Shown here one piece after another: positions 1-12,594 of a DNA stretch of 64,000 nt. The notes beneath the pieces were generated by a model that was not told where the DNA came from, ran no database searches, and worked only from the letters and a program-made list of their open reading frames with translations. Location of the stretch: NCBI RefSeq assembly GCF_036321535.1, contig NC_087437.1, positions 26,910,001-26,974,000 on the forward strand, given 5' to 3'. Position numbers and translations under genes: made by a program. Numbering within the stretch: position 1 is the first letter of the stretch; every line of letters begins with the position of its first letter. Source of the DNA: Camelus dromedarius. Taxonomy: Eukaryota.

Positions 1-519
1 GTTTTTCTCCCCATGATACTCAAAAGGGTTAGAGGTCACAGGAAGAAAGAATTCCCTTTCTAGAACAAATTACGTTGAAGCTGTACACAAATTATTCCTA
101 TTCATTGATTTCATCTGTTTTATTTCATTGAGGTAGCTCTGTGATTCAAACGATGGCCACGTGGGATGAGCAAAATGAGAACAATATATGACAATGTATC
201 CTCCTTGGAATGAAGAAAGGTAAGTCTCCATCATAGAATGCCAACAAGACTGCAATCAGCTTACTGATAGCTGATTTCTGCAGCCTCATTGCAGGGGAGG
301 GGTGCTGAGTATCGTTAATTTGTCTGAAATATGTGTTTTCTTAAGTAGTATATTCTCATTAAAAAATTTCAATGAAGAAGCTTATCTTAAAAAAAAAAAA
401 TCAAAACCTCCCCTCCATATTCATCCTCAACCCTAATCTACAGAGTTAATTTCTTCTGATAGTTTTCTCTGCATGTAGTTAAGATACACACACATATACA
501 CATTTTGTGGGGTTTCCTT

Positions 520-1848
520 TTTTTTTAACATTTTTTATTGATTTATAATCATTTTACAATATTGTGTCAAATTCCAGTGTTCAGCACAATTTTTCAGTCA
601 TACATGGACATATACACACTCATTGTCACATTTTTTTCTCTGTGAGCTACCATAACGTTTTATGTATATTTCCCTGTGCTATACAGTATAATCTTGTTTA
701 TCTATTCTACAATTTTGAAATCCCGGTCTATCCCTTCCCACCCTCCCCCCCACTGGCAACCACAAGTCTGTATTCTCTGTCTATGAGTCTGTTTCTGTCC
801 TGTATTTACGCTTTGTTTTTGTTTGTTTGTTTGTTTTTTAAATTCCACATATGAGCGATCTCATATGGTATTTTTCTTTCTCTTTCTGGCTTACTTCATT
901 TTGAATGACATTCTCCAGGAGCTTCCATGTTGCTGCAAATGGCATTATGTTGTCGGTTTTTATGGCTGAGTAGTATTCCATTGTATAAATATACCACCTC
1001 TTCTTTATCCAGTCACCTGTTGATGCACATTTAAGCTGTTTCCATGTCTTGGCTATTGTAAATAGTGCTGCTATGAACATTGGGGTGCAGGTGTCATCCT
1101 GAAGTAGGGTTCCTTCTGGATACAAGCCCAGGAGTGGGATTCCTGGGTCATACAGTAAGTCTATTCCTAGTCTTTTGAGGAATCTCCATACCGTTTTCCA
1201 TAGTGGCTGCACCAAACTGCATTCCCACCAGCAGTGTAGGAGGGTTCCCCTTTCTCCACAGCCTCCCCAGCATTTGTCATTTGTGGATTTTTGAATGACG
1301 GCCATTCTGACTGCTGTGAGGTGATAACCTCATTGTAGTTTTGATTTGCATTTCTCTGATAATTAATGATATTGAGCATTTTTTCATGTGCCTTTTGATC
1401 ATTTGTATGTCTTCCTTGGAGAACTGCTTGTTTAGGTCTTCTGCCCATTTTTGGATTGGGTTGTTTGTTTTTTTCTTATTGAGTCGTATGAGCTGCTTTT
1501 ATATTCTGGAGATCAAGCCTTTGTCGGTTTCATTTGCAAAAAGTTTCTCCCATTCCGTAGGTTGTCTTCTTGTTTTACTTATGGTTTCCTTTGCTGTGCA
1601 GAAGCTTGTAAGTTTCATTAGGTCCCATTTGTTTATTCTTGCTTTTATTTCTACTAGGAGAAAATTTTTGAAATGATGTCAGATAACGTTTTGCCTATGT
1701 TTTCCTCTAGGAGGTTTATTGTATCTTGTCTTATGTTTAAGTCTTTGATCCATTTTGAGTTGATTTTTGTATATGGTGTAAGGGAGTGTTCTAGCTTCAT
1801 TGTTTTACATGCTGCTGTCCAGTTTTCCCAACACCATTTGCTGAAGAG
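520..1848 (-). mobile_element. Young 5'-truncated LINE-1 (ORF2 C-terminus + 3'UTR + polyA)
   Basis: ORF 838-1305(-) encodes the L1 ORF2 C-terminal Cys-rich motif ([19 protein letters not shown]...[11 protein letters not shown]). PolyT at ~518-526. TSD gtggggtttcctt (507-519) / gtggggttttctt (1849-1861). Confidence 0.95.
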
Positions 1849-2616
1849 GTGGGGTTTTCTTAATCATAAATGGGATCATACTAAGCATACTCTTCTTCAA
1901 CTTTCTTTCTACAACTCTGCGGTAATCATGGACATCCTTCCATAACAGCAGAGATCATCTTTATTCTTTTAAATAATTGCACAGTATTGTATAATAAGCC
2001 ATACCATGGCATTCTCCTATTAATGGACAATTAGATAGCACTCGAGTTTTTCCTATAACCAAAATTAATTCTCCATGTATCTCTGTCCATTTGCATGAGA
2101 ATTTCTTCAGAATAAGAAGGGCATTGACCAACATTCCTTGAGTCCTTTGCCTTCACATCACGTGGGTAAGAAAAGAGGGTATCTGAGCCATGGGTGTAAA
2201 GTCGTTTCACTATTAAAAGAAAAGTAGAGAATTAAGGCTTAAAAAGGGCCAAAGCAGAGTTTTTGGTTTTTGTTTTTGTTTTACAACTAAGTGAGTGTAC
2301 ATTTGTGCCACTCCACATTACATCTGAGAAATTTTCCCTATGTCACCTTCTAAAAAGTCTGTTGAAATACTTGCTTGCAACTTATTACAGGCTGATAATC
2401 GGAGAAGATTGCCATTTGCTCTGATTTCTTCTTGTTTGGTTTGTACATATTTATGCTACACATAATCATGCAGAATTAAACAACAAGATAAATTTTAACC
2501 TATGAAATTAGCAAAGAATTTTATAGGTAGTAATTTTCAACCCTAGCAGAGATATGGTAAATGATCACCTTCATTTATTCATGGTGGGAGTCAAACTTCA
2601 TAAAATACCTTTTTAC

Positions 2617-2985
2617 TTATTATTTTTATTAATTTATTTTTAATTGAGCTGTAACTGATATATGACATTATATTTCAGTGATTCAATATTTTCATATATT
2701 TCAAAATGACCATCATAGGTGGAGGGTATAGCTCAGTGGTAGAGCACATGCTTCGCATACACAGAGTCCTGGGTTCAATCCCCAGTACCTCCTCTAAAAA
2801 CAAATAAATGAATAAACCTAATTACCTCCCCCTTCAAAAAAAAAAAAAAACGACCACCATAATAAGTCTAGTTAACACCCATCACCATACATAGTTACAA
2901 AATTTTTATTCTTGTGATGAGAACTTTTAAGATCTCTCTTCGTAACTTTCAAATATGCAATACAGTATCATTAACTATAGCTATT
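2617..2985 (-). mobile_element. LINE-1 3' end fragment, interrupted by a SINE
   Basis: Typical L1 3'UTR antisense text (ataagtctagttaacacccatcaccatacatagttaca...gtgatgagaacttttaagatc). Confidence 0.75.
2718..2846 (+). mobile_element. tRNA-derived SINE (camelid Vic-1-like)
   Basis: Head ggagggtatagctcagtggtagagc (A box), B box gggttcaatccc at 2771, and an A tail. TSD aaaatgaccatcata (2703-2717) / aaaacgaccaccata (2847-2861). Confidence 0.9.
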
Positions 2986-3256
2986 TGATATGTGATTAGA
3001 ACAGACATTCAGTTACCTAGCTTCAAAACCCAGATTCCCTTTAAGCTCCAAACATATTCATATTCTAAGGATAAGATATCAAAAGGCTGTATTTCTTTTA
3101 TTTGAACCCCTTACCCTTTATCCCACTTAGCTACACAACTACCTGCTTCCAGAGAAGCCGAGTGGATGAAAAAACAAAAATGGCTAGAATCTAGGTGCTC
3201 CCAAGAGACTACTCAAAGCAGAGAAACTTTTAATATATCTTCTGACTTTAATGCCT

Positions 3257-5126
3257 TTTAATCAACTATACTGAGATACAATTCATGCAATAAAATACAC
3301 CATTTCAAATGAACATTTTGATGAGTTTTGACAAGGGCACACAGTCATGTAACCACAACCACAGTCGAGGTGAAGAGCAGTTCTAATACCATAAAAATTC
3401 CCTCTTGCTCCCTTACAGTTGAGTCCTACCCATCCCCTGCCCTAGGCTGTCTTATGTTTTTTGGAACTTTGGGGGTTTTGTTTTGTTTTGTTTTGGGCTT
3501 TTTTGACATTTCAGATTTCCCTTATCTTGAATTTCACATAAATAGAATCACGCAGAATTAATCTTTTGAACCTGGCTTCTTTTGCTCAGTCAATGATTTT
3601 GGAGATTCATACATGCTGCTCTATCAGTAATTCACATCTTTGTATTGCTGAGTGGTTTTCCGCTATAGAGGTGCACCACACTGTATCCATTCGGTGTTTA
3701 TGAATAATTGGGCTGCTTCCTATTTGAAGCTGTTATGAATAAAGCTGCATGAACATTTGTGTACAAGTCTTTGTATGGATATACTGTTTTCACTTCTCTT
3801 GGATAAATACCTAGGAATGATTCATATGATAAATGTAGAGTTCACTCGATTTTTAAAACTGCCAAAATGTTTTTCAAAGTGTTCGTATGTTTTACTTATC
3901 CACTGAGAGTTCCCCACCTCCTTGCCAGGACTCAGTGTTGTCACTCTTTAATTTTGGACTTCAAAGAAGTATGTCCTGGTATCTCATTGTGATTTTAATT
4001 TGCATTTCCCTTACAACTAATGATGCTGAGCATCTTTTCATGTGTTTATTGACCATTAATATATCTTCTTTTGTGAAGTATCTGCAAATTCTTTGCCCAA
4101 TTTTATCAGCTTGTTTGATTTCTTATTATTTAAATTGAGATGTCTTTGTATATTCTGTATACAATCTGTTATTAGATATAAGTATTGCAAATATTTTCTC
4201 TCAGCCTATGACTTGTCTTTTCATTTTGGGCAGAACATTTTAATTTGATAAAGTACAATTTATCAAAATTTTCTTTTATGGTTCATGTTCTTTCAGTTTA
4301 ATCTAAGAAGAAATCTTTGCCTACCTCAACGTTGTGAAGATTTTCTTTTTTGTTCTCTCCTAGAAATTTTATATATTTTAACTTTTACATTTAGGTCTGT
4401 GATCCATTTTGTATACAGTATAAAGTAAGAGTATGAATTCACCCATTTTGCATATAGATTACAGTTGAAAATATTATCCTTTCCCTATTGAATCTTGGTG
4501 TATTGGTCAAAAATTGGTTGACTATAGATGTAAAACCCTTAAAATGTAAATGTAACCCAAAATTCTATGAGTTCTGTTCCATTGTCCTATGTGTCTATCT
4601 TTGTGCAAATACTAAATACTCTCTTGATTTCTATAGCTTTATATTTTTGTAGCTTTATAACAAGTTTTAAAATAGGATAGTTTAAATCTTCAAATTTGTT
4701 TGTTTTTTTTCAAAGTTGATTTGGCTATTCAGAGTTCTTCGCATTTCCATTTAAAATTCAGAATCAGTTGGTCAATTACTACCAAAAAAAGATTCTGATG
4801 AGATTTTGATACGGATACCAAACCTGTAGATAAGTATGGGGAGAAATGCCATCTTAATATTATTGAATCTTCTAATCCATAAACATGGAATTCCTCTCCA
4901 TTTATTTAAATCTTTTTCTTATCAACATTTTGTAATTCTCAGTGTTTAGTTCTTGTGCTTCTCTTGATGAGTTTATTCCTAATTATTTTATTCTTTCTGA
5001 GGCTTTTGTGAATGGCATTTTTTAAAGATTATTTTCAGATTGCCCTCTACTATAAAATACAATTACTTTTTGTTTAATGACTTTCTACCCTGTAATATTG
5101 CTGAGCTCATTTATTAGTTTTAGCAG

Positions 5127-5187
<61 letters not shown>

Positions 5188-6400
5188 TGTGTGTGTTTGA
5201 GGGGGCTGGGTTTCTCAGTATTTTCTATATATCGGACTATGTCCTCTGCAAATATGTAGACAGTTTTCCTTCTTCCTTTACAATCTGACTGCCTTTAATT
5301 AATGAATTAATATTATTTTATTTATTGCATTGACCAGTACATCTAGTAAAATGTTGACTAGAAGAGGATAGCTTTGTCTTGTTTCTGATCTCAGGGGGAA
5401 GGAGTCAGTCTTTCACCATTAAGTATATTGTTAGCTGTGAGGTTTTTTGTAGATGTCCTTATTTAAAACAACAAAAACAACAACAACAAAAACTCTTTAT
5501 ATTTTCTATTTCTCTCTTCATTATATTAATGTTCTCTCAAGTCCTTATACATATTTGTAATAGCTTCTTTAAAGTGCTTGCCTGCTAATTCCATTGTCTG
5601 TCACTTCTGGGTTTGTTTCTATTTATTTATTTTTTTTCCTCTCTAAGGCTCATATTGTCCTGCTTTTTCACATGTCTAGTAATATTTGACCGGATGCTAG
5701 ACATTATGAATTTTATATTCTTGATTACTAAATTTTGTTAACGTTCTTAGAAGAGTGTCAGACTGTTCTGACAGCCAGTTAAGCAAATTGAAGATAAGCT
5801 TAATCTGGCCGAGGTTAATGTTTCAGTTTTTTAAAGGGCAGGCTTAAAGGAGCCTTTACTCAGAGCTAGTTCAGCCCCCACTTCTAAGGCGTGACTCCTC
5901 TGTGGTCTCTGCAGAAGGCCTGGGTGTCCAAGGAAGATTTTATACTCTGGCTAATTGGAATTCCAGATAGGCTCTGGGATGTTCATCTTTCAGCTCCCTA
6001 GTAGTTCTTTGCCTAGTTTCATATAATTTTGCCCTACACGTGTACAATTTAGTATTGAGCAAAATACTCCCTGGGACCTCTATGCAATTTTCTGGAGCTA
6101 TATCTCCATTCAGCTCCTTCCTCTGCAACACTCTGCCCTGTAAGTTCCAACCACCTCAACTTTCCCAACCTCCCATCTCAGTCTTCTCAATTCAGTGACA
6201 CTGCAGTGTCTTATTTGAGTTTTCCCTCCGTGTACAATGGTCTAGAAATTACCTCCATGCAAAAATCTAGGGTAACCATAGGTCTCATCTCATTCATTTC
6301 CCTTCTGTCAGGGATCACAGTTCTGCAACATTTTGTCCAATGTTTGGAAACAATTGTTGCATAATCTGGTCTCAGTTACTCCATCGTTGCCATTGGTAGA
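3257..6400 (-). mobile_element. Old degenerate L1M (3'UTR and ORF2 to ~5460, further old L1 sequence beyond)
   Basis: Antisense L1 motifs such as ggtatctcattgtgattttaatttgcatttcc and atcttaatattattgaatcttctaatccataaacatgg. The subfamily and right boundary are uncertain. Confidence 0.75.
5128..5196. repeat. (TG)n microsatellite
   Basis: Direct reading; one interruption. Confidence 0.98.
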
Positions 6401-6489
6401 AGTCCAATTTTTTTTCTAAATTTTGAAAATTTACTAACTTACCCAAAACTGAAACCTTAGTATAGGCCCATAACTCAGATGTCTCAATT

Positions 6490-6770
6490 GTCAAGATGAA
6501 TAAGTTCTGAGACTCTACTGTGCAGCATGGTGACTATAGTTAATAATACTTGAAAACTGAAAATTGATGAGAGTAGAACTTAAGCATTCTCATCACCAAA
6601 ATGAAAAAAGAGTTAACTATGTAAGGTGATAGATATGTTAATTATCTTGCTCTTGGAAAACATTCCATAATGTAGAGGTATATCAAATCATCATGTTCTA
6701 AATGTTGAATATATATAATTATATTTGTCAGTTATTCCTCAATAAAGTTTGACACATAAGTAAATAAAAC
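6490..6770 (+). mobile_element. Old L1 (L1MA/MB-like) 3' end
   Basis: gaataagttctgagactctactgtgcagcatggtgactatagttaataat...cctcaataaag. Confidence 0.75.
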
Positions 6771-6802
6771 TTGATAATTATCAAGATTTTGCCTTCCATT
6801 CT

Positions 6803-7279
6803 ATAGTGTGCTGAATGGTGGCCCTCCAGAAGATATGCCCACATTCTAATCCCTGGAACCTGTGGCTGATACTGCCTTATCTGGTGAAAGAGTGAATATT
6901 ACCGCGTATGGCAAAAGATGTGATCAAGAATATTGAGAGGAGGTGCTTATCCCGAATTACCCAGGTGGATTCTAAATGCAATTGCATGTATCCTTACAGG
7001 ACAAAGATACAGGCAGTTTTGACACAGAAGTGGGGAGGCAATATAACCAAGGGGGCAGAGATTGGAGTGCAACAGCCACAAGCCCAGGAAAACCTGGAGT
7101 CGACGGAAGCTGGAAGGGGCAAGGGATGCCTTCTCCTGTGGAGCCTCTGGAGGGAATACTGCTTTTCCCAACACCTTGATTTTGGATTTTCAGCCTCCAA
7201 AACTGAAGACTACATCTCTGTTATTTTAAGCCATCAAGTTTGTGGTAATTTGTTATGGCAGCCACAGGAAACTAATGCA
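6803..7279 (+). mobile_element. MaLR solo LTR (MLT1C/D-like)
   Basis: Starts gctgaatggtggccctccagaagatatgcccacattctaatccctggaacctgtg; ends tttgttatggcagccacaggaaactaatgca. Confidence 0.85.
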
Positions 7280-8442
7280 CATTCCTTTTACTTTATTTTT
7301 TTTTTTTTTCTTCCCTTACTGAAGTATTTTAAAGCAAATCTCAGCCCAAATGTTATCATTTGACTTTTTCTTTTCTCCCCCCTCCCCCATTTCCTGTAAA
7401 TAGGAGTGCACCTCTGGAGGCCTACTTAGAGTCAAGTTTGCATTATTGGCTAGAAACTTCCTACGTGGCGCTCCGGGCCTCATACTGCATCACATTAGCC
7501 AACACACAGTATCTGATTGTTCCTTAATGTGTTTTTAATGAGGCCCAATTTTTCAAATAACTTACACAATCCCTGCTTAAAGACAATTTCCAAACTAATT
7601 TTAAACCCACATTTAAAATGTGTCTTCCAATCCAGGCGTAAAGAGTGTTGCAAATAATATTTGATCTGAAAATATTCTAATATTTTACTCTTCCCACTCA
7701 CACTTAGCCAAGTTGTCCCCAGCCTCTCTTGCTTCTAACTCTAGATCAAATGCCTCTAAGCTTCTGTCTCTAGCTGTCACTAAATAAATACCCATGCCAC
7801 AGTCCCCCAGAATGATCAAACAAAACAGGAATAAAATAGACAATTATCAAATAACCAGTTTTCCAAGAGGCCCACATTATGCAATTTTCCAGTGTGGATC
7901 TTCACTTCTCCTCAATTGCATTGTAAGGAAACCATATTTATTTTTTCTGTTCACTGTCTCTCTCATCAGCACTTCACTTTTTTCTTCAAAGTTCCCTGAC
8001 CTCCCCCTGGAAACTCAACCATCCAAGAGTTTCTTTTTTCTCTGTCTTTTGCCCCAGAATGCTTCCCTGCAAACCACCAACCTAATAGAGGGCTACTGGG
8101 CTCCCAGTTTGTCCCCTGGTCCAATACCTAAGGAATGGGTATTATTATTTCAAAATAAGCGTCCTTTGTGTAACAAGGAAAGTGTTCTGGACTGAGTCAA
8201 AGGGCCCACATTCAACCCCTGGCTCTGGCTCTTTATGTCTGAAATCCTTTTAAGGGAAGTTAAAATGATGAAGGAATAGAGTCTCCCACCCTGAGAGATG
8301 AGCCTGTGTAGACATTTATCCAGCAAAGAATTATATTGACTCACATAGAAAGTTACTCAAATTTCAATTCTTGTCTAATTTGTGTGATTAGGTCACCTTG
8401 ATTTTGTGTTATTGTGCCTTTTACAGCTCTCTTAACTATTCT

Positions 8443-8938
8443 TTTTTTCTTTTTAATTGTAGTAAAATACTCATCATAAAATTTACCATTTTAACTGTTT
8501 TTTAAAAAGTGTATGGTTAAGTGGCATTAAGTACATTCACATTGTTGTGTTTCCATCACCACCAACCATCCAAAGAACTCTTTTGATACTGAAAAACTTA
8601 AACTCCATACACATTAAACAATAACACCACACTTTCCCTTTCCCCCAGCCCCTGGCAACCACCATCTTACTCTCTGTCTCTATGAATCTGACTACTCTAA
8701 GTACCTCATATAATTGGAATCATATACAGTACTTTCTTGTCTTTTTGCAACCAGCTTCACTAACCTCACTAACCTCAAGGTCTATCCCTGCTGTAGCATG
8801 TGTCTGAATTTCCTTCCTCTTAAAGTATGAATAATATTCCATTGTGCATATTTACAGCACATTTTATTTTACCAATGGACATGGGTTGCTTTTGCCTTTT
8901 GTCTATTGCAAAAAATTCTTCTATGAACATGGGTGTAA
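8443..8938 (-). mobile_element. L1MB-like 3' end
   Basis: aaaatttaccattttaact...gtggcattaagtacattcacattgttgtg...cccagcccctggcaaccaccat. Confidence 0.8.
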
Positions 8939-9068
8939 CACTGGCTATTCTTCCTTTTAATAAAGAGATGGGGAGGCTCAGACCTGTTGTAGGCTCCTAA
9001 GCATCTAGCTAAAATTTAATAACATTTAAGAGCATTGTCTTATTTTTACAGTTTTATTTTTATGGCAA

Positions 9069-9518
9069 GTATGCTGGTTTACAAGGACTGCCGTAACAAA
9101 GGACCATGAGCTGGGTGACTTTAAAAAAATGTTATTACCTTATAGTTTGGGGGACTAGAAGTCCAAAATCAAGGTGTTGGCAGGGCCATGCTCCCTCTGG
9201 GACTCTGGATAGAAGCCTTCTTGCCTCTTCCTAGCTTCCTGTGGTGACCAGCTATCCTTGACGTTCCCTGGTTTGCAGCTGCCTTCGTCATCATGTGGCC
9301 ACCTTCGCATCGTCTTCCTTTTGTGCATCTCTGTGTGTGTCCAAATTCCCCCTTTTTATAAGGACATAAGTCAGACTGGATTAGGATCTGCTCTAATAAC
9401 TCCATTTTAACTTGATTATCTCTATAATGACTCTATTTCCAAATAATGTCATATTTGGGGGTGATGGGAACTAGAATTTCAATATATCTTTATGTGGGGA
9501 CTTAATTCAACCCCATAA
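9069..9518 (-). mobile_element. MaLR solo LTR (MLT1C-like)
   Basis: ggactgccgtaacaaag...agaagtccaaaatcaaggtgttggcagggccatgctccctctg...aattcaacccc. Confidence 0.85.
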
Positions 9519-9712
9519 AAGCAGAGAAAACTGGTTTTCCATTTGCATGGTTACAGAGCAGTAAAATCTAAATCCCTTAGCGACTAAATATGTATACATT
9601 ATTGACTCAAAATGAACAGGCTCTTCTTTAACAAGCAGAAATTGCATAAGATTCCTTTTCTCCTTGAATTTCCATTTTCTATTTAGCTCCCCCCACAAAA
9701 TTATAACCTAAT

Positions 9713-9938
9713 GCTGTGGTTCTCAACTGCAGGTGATTTTTGCCCCTCAGGGGACTTTTGGCAATATCTAGACACATTTTGCATTGTCATAACTTGGGAG
9801 GGGGGTGGGTGTGCTACTGGTATATGGTTGATAGAGGTCAGCAAGGCTCCTAATTATTCTGAAGAACACAGGAAAGCTCTCCCCCAAACAATAACAGAGA
9901 ATTAACTGTCCCATAATGTATTGTGGTTAAGAAACCCT
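9713..9938. mobile_element. MER20 (hAT-Charlie)
   Basis: gtggttctcaactgcaggtgatttttgcccctcaggggacttttggcaatatctagacac...ggttaagaaaccctg. Confidence 0.85.
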
Positions 9939-10024
9939 GACCCCACGTAATATATTCTTAAGCCTGAAGGTTTTTATCTACCTACTGCAATAAAAATATG
10001 CTTTTAAGAATACAAATTCATATT

Positions 10025-10374
10025 TGCTATAGACTGAATATTTTTATCACCTCAAAATTCATATGTTGAAATCCTAACTTCCAGTGTGATGGTATTACAG
10101 GGGGAAGCCTTTGGAAAATGATTAGGTCATGAGAGTGGAGCCTCATGTTCTTATAAAAGAGACTTCAGAGGGATACCTCACCCCTTCCACCAGCTAAGGA
10201 CACAGCAAGAAGATGGCCATATAGGAACCAAGAAGTGGGTCTTCCCCAGACTCCAAATCTGCCAGCACATTGATCTTGGACTTCCCAGCCTCCAGAACTG
10301 TGGGAAACAAAATCCTGCTGTTTGTAAGCCTTCTAGTCTAAGGTATTTTGATATAGCAGCCTGAATAGACTCAG
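10025..10374 (+). mobile_element. MaLR solo LTR (MLT1A0-like)
   Basis: tgctatagactgaat...aaaattcatatgttgaaatcctaa...atagcagcctgaatagactcag. Confidence 0.85.
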
Positions 10375-10525
10375 GCAATTTTCATTACCCATGACCATAA
10401 AGTTCTAGGTGTTAAATTTTTTTCTCAATTAATTTATAATTATATCATTATATCAGTATACATTAAACAAAAAACTTTAATGTATTTAAAATCATGATGA
10501 ATTTCAAACTTAAAAAGAAAAGCTG

Positions 10526-10763
10526 TGGGGGCGAGGGGTGGGAAGGGACAGATTGGGATTTCAAAATGTAGAATAGATAAACAAGATTATAATGTATAGC
10601 ACAGGGAAATATATATAAGATCTTATGGTAGCTCACAGAGAAAAAAAACTTGAAAATGAACATATACATGTTCATGTATAACTAAAAAATTGTGCTCTTC
10701 ACTGGAATTTGACACAACATTGTAAAATGATTATAACTCAATAAAAAATGTTTAAAAAAAAAG
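10526..10763 (+). mobile_element. Young 5'-truncated L1 3'UTR
   Basis: Same 3'UTR family as 520-1848 and 62443-62842. A tail. TSD aaagaaaagctg (10514-10525 / 10764-10775). Confidence 0.9.
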
Positions 10764-11577
10764 AAAGAAAAGCTGCACTGAAAACACACATCTTAATAAG
10801 ATGAATATAGCTGATAATTTTTTAAGTTAACTGATGCATTCATGGATGAAAATTACTTACCAGTTGAATGAGACAGATTTAGCTTCAACTCCATTTCTAT
10901 TTTTCATTTTTATAGATGTCAGCTCTGAAAAACCTTGTTGATGTAAATGGTTGAGAATGGGAGCTACATTAGAGCAACATCAATCTTTGGATTCATTTGA
11001 GTTCTATCCCCAAATCCACAGAGTGATCTTTCCTCGTATATTATCTTACTGATCAATAGGGCCTTTCTTCAATCTGACAAAATCAAAAATTGAGAAACTC
11101 CTGCTTTGCAAAAGGACTTGTTACCCAGTCAGCACCTAAGCTGATCTTTCAAACTGTCTGTTTGGACCTGAGATTTTTATCCTCCGGGGTGAGGCCACAC
11201 AGTAAGAACAGGATGGGGGGTGGGGGGAGGAAGGAGCACATGCTCAGGCAGAGCTGCCAGAAAGAGGACCAGTGGAAACTGATCTGAAAATCAATTGCCT
11301 TAAAACTATCCTTGCCTGGTTCCTTTTGTAAAGTCTTCATTCCCCACTTTGAAGATCACCATTATAAATTTTTTTTTTATGAAATGCTGATGTAAAACAC
11401 AAACAAAAAATAAGTTGATTTAAGAATCTATCTTAATCAAGAAATAAAGCAGCAGTACATGTGGCACAAGTGTTGATGGTGGGGAAATGACTGAAGCATT
11501 GGGAATCCTTACATGGCTGATAAAGCACTAGCTTTGACACCAAACACACACAGATTTGATTTTTAGGGACCTTGCTT

Positions 11578-11675
11578 GCACAAGTCACTTTACCACTCTG
11601 AGCCTCAGTTTCTTCATCTGTCAAATGGCAATAATACTTGTTTCACAGTGTATTTCTAAGAGTTATATAAAATAA
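11578..11675 (+). mobile_element. MIR core fragment
   Basis: caagtcactttaccactctgagcctcagtttcttcatctgtcaaatgg. Confidence 0.75.
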
Positions 11676-11969
11676 TTGATAGACAATTGCTTCTGCAGAC
11701 TAGAAAAGAAAGTTATAAAGCCTTGATGAAAGTGACAGAAGGGTGTGTCCTCCCATCCCCACCCTCAGCATTAACTGAATGAATGGCAGACATCTCAGCA
11801 GAGGAATATCTTCCCTTGGGCCTAAGTCCTGGGCTGAATAATACAGATTCAAGAGTTTGATTCTGTCAAAATCCTATAAGTGAGCATTACACAGGACTAA
11901 ACGATTTTAATCACCCCCATTTATCTAGTATCATCTCTTCCTGGCTCAATTTACGCCAACAAAACTGAA

Positions 11970-12440
11970 GAGAGGCACACTGCTCTTCACACCATCGCGT
12001 GTCTATGCAATGGAATATTACTCAACGATAAAAAGAATGAACTGTTGGCATTGCTATAGCAGGGATGCATCTCAAACCTGAGAGGTTTTATACTAGCTTT
12101 TTCTTCTACCTGGAACACTCTTTCTCCAGGTAGCACATGACCTGCTTCTATATCTCTTTCAAGTCTTTGCTCAAATATCATCTTCCTTATGGAGACTTAC
12201 CTGACCTCTCTGTCCAAATGATCAATCAGTTTCTCCACCTTCCACCCTTGCCATATATATATCTGTAGCATTTATCATTTGACATACTATTTCACTGGTT
12301 AATATACGTCTGATTCCATTATATTTTGCCCTCTGCAAAAGCATATATTTTTATAATTTTTAACTGCTGTATCTCCAAATCCTGCTCTAGTTTCAGGCAC
12401 ATGGTAGATATTCAGTAAATACTTGTTGAATAAACAAATA
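11970..12440 (+). mobile_element. L2 3' fragment, interrupted by an 86-bp insert
   Basis: tctacctggaacactctttctccagg...tctttgctcaaatatcatcttc...ggcacatggtagatattcagtaaatacttgttgaataa. Confidence 0.7.
11991..12076 (+). repeat. 86-bp direct duplicate of 12887-12972
   Basis: Gap-free match with one mismatch (G12027 vs A12923). Confidence 0.95.
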
Positions 12441-12446
12441 GACTAG

Positions 12447-12592
12447 GTGAATTATGTTGATTGATTTCCATTGTTAAGCCAAACTTGCATTTCTGGGATG
12501 AACTCACTTTGGACATGATGTATTGTCCTTTTTGTCTATTGTTGGCTTTGACTCAGTAACATTTTATTTAGAATTTCTGCATCTAACTTCAC
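12447..12592 (-). mobile_element. Old L1 ORF2 fragment
   Basis: ttaagccaaacttgcatttctgggatgaactcactttggacatgatgtatt is antisense L1 ORF2. Confidence 0.65.
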
Positions 12593-12594
12593 AA

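Noticed and set aside
2718..2790. Possible functional tRNA gene
   Set aside because: It has a SINE body, A tail and TSD, with related copies at 13363 and 29937.
6908..7363. Cluster of overlapping ORFs up to 151 aa
   Set aside because: Almost entirely within an MLT1 LTR; chance frames.
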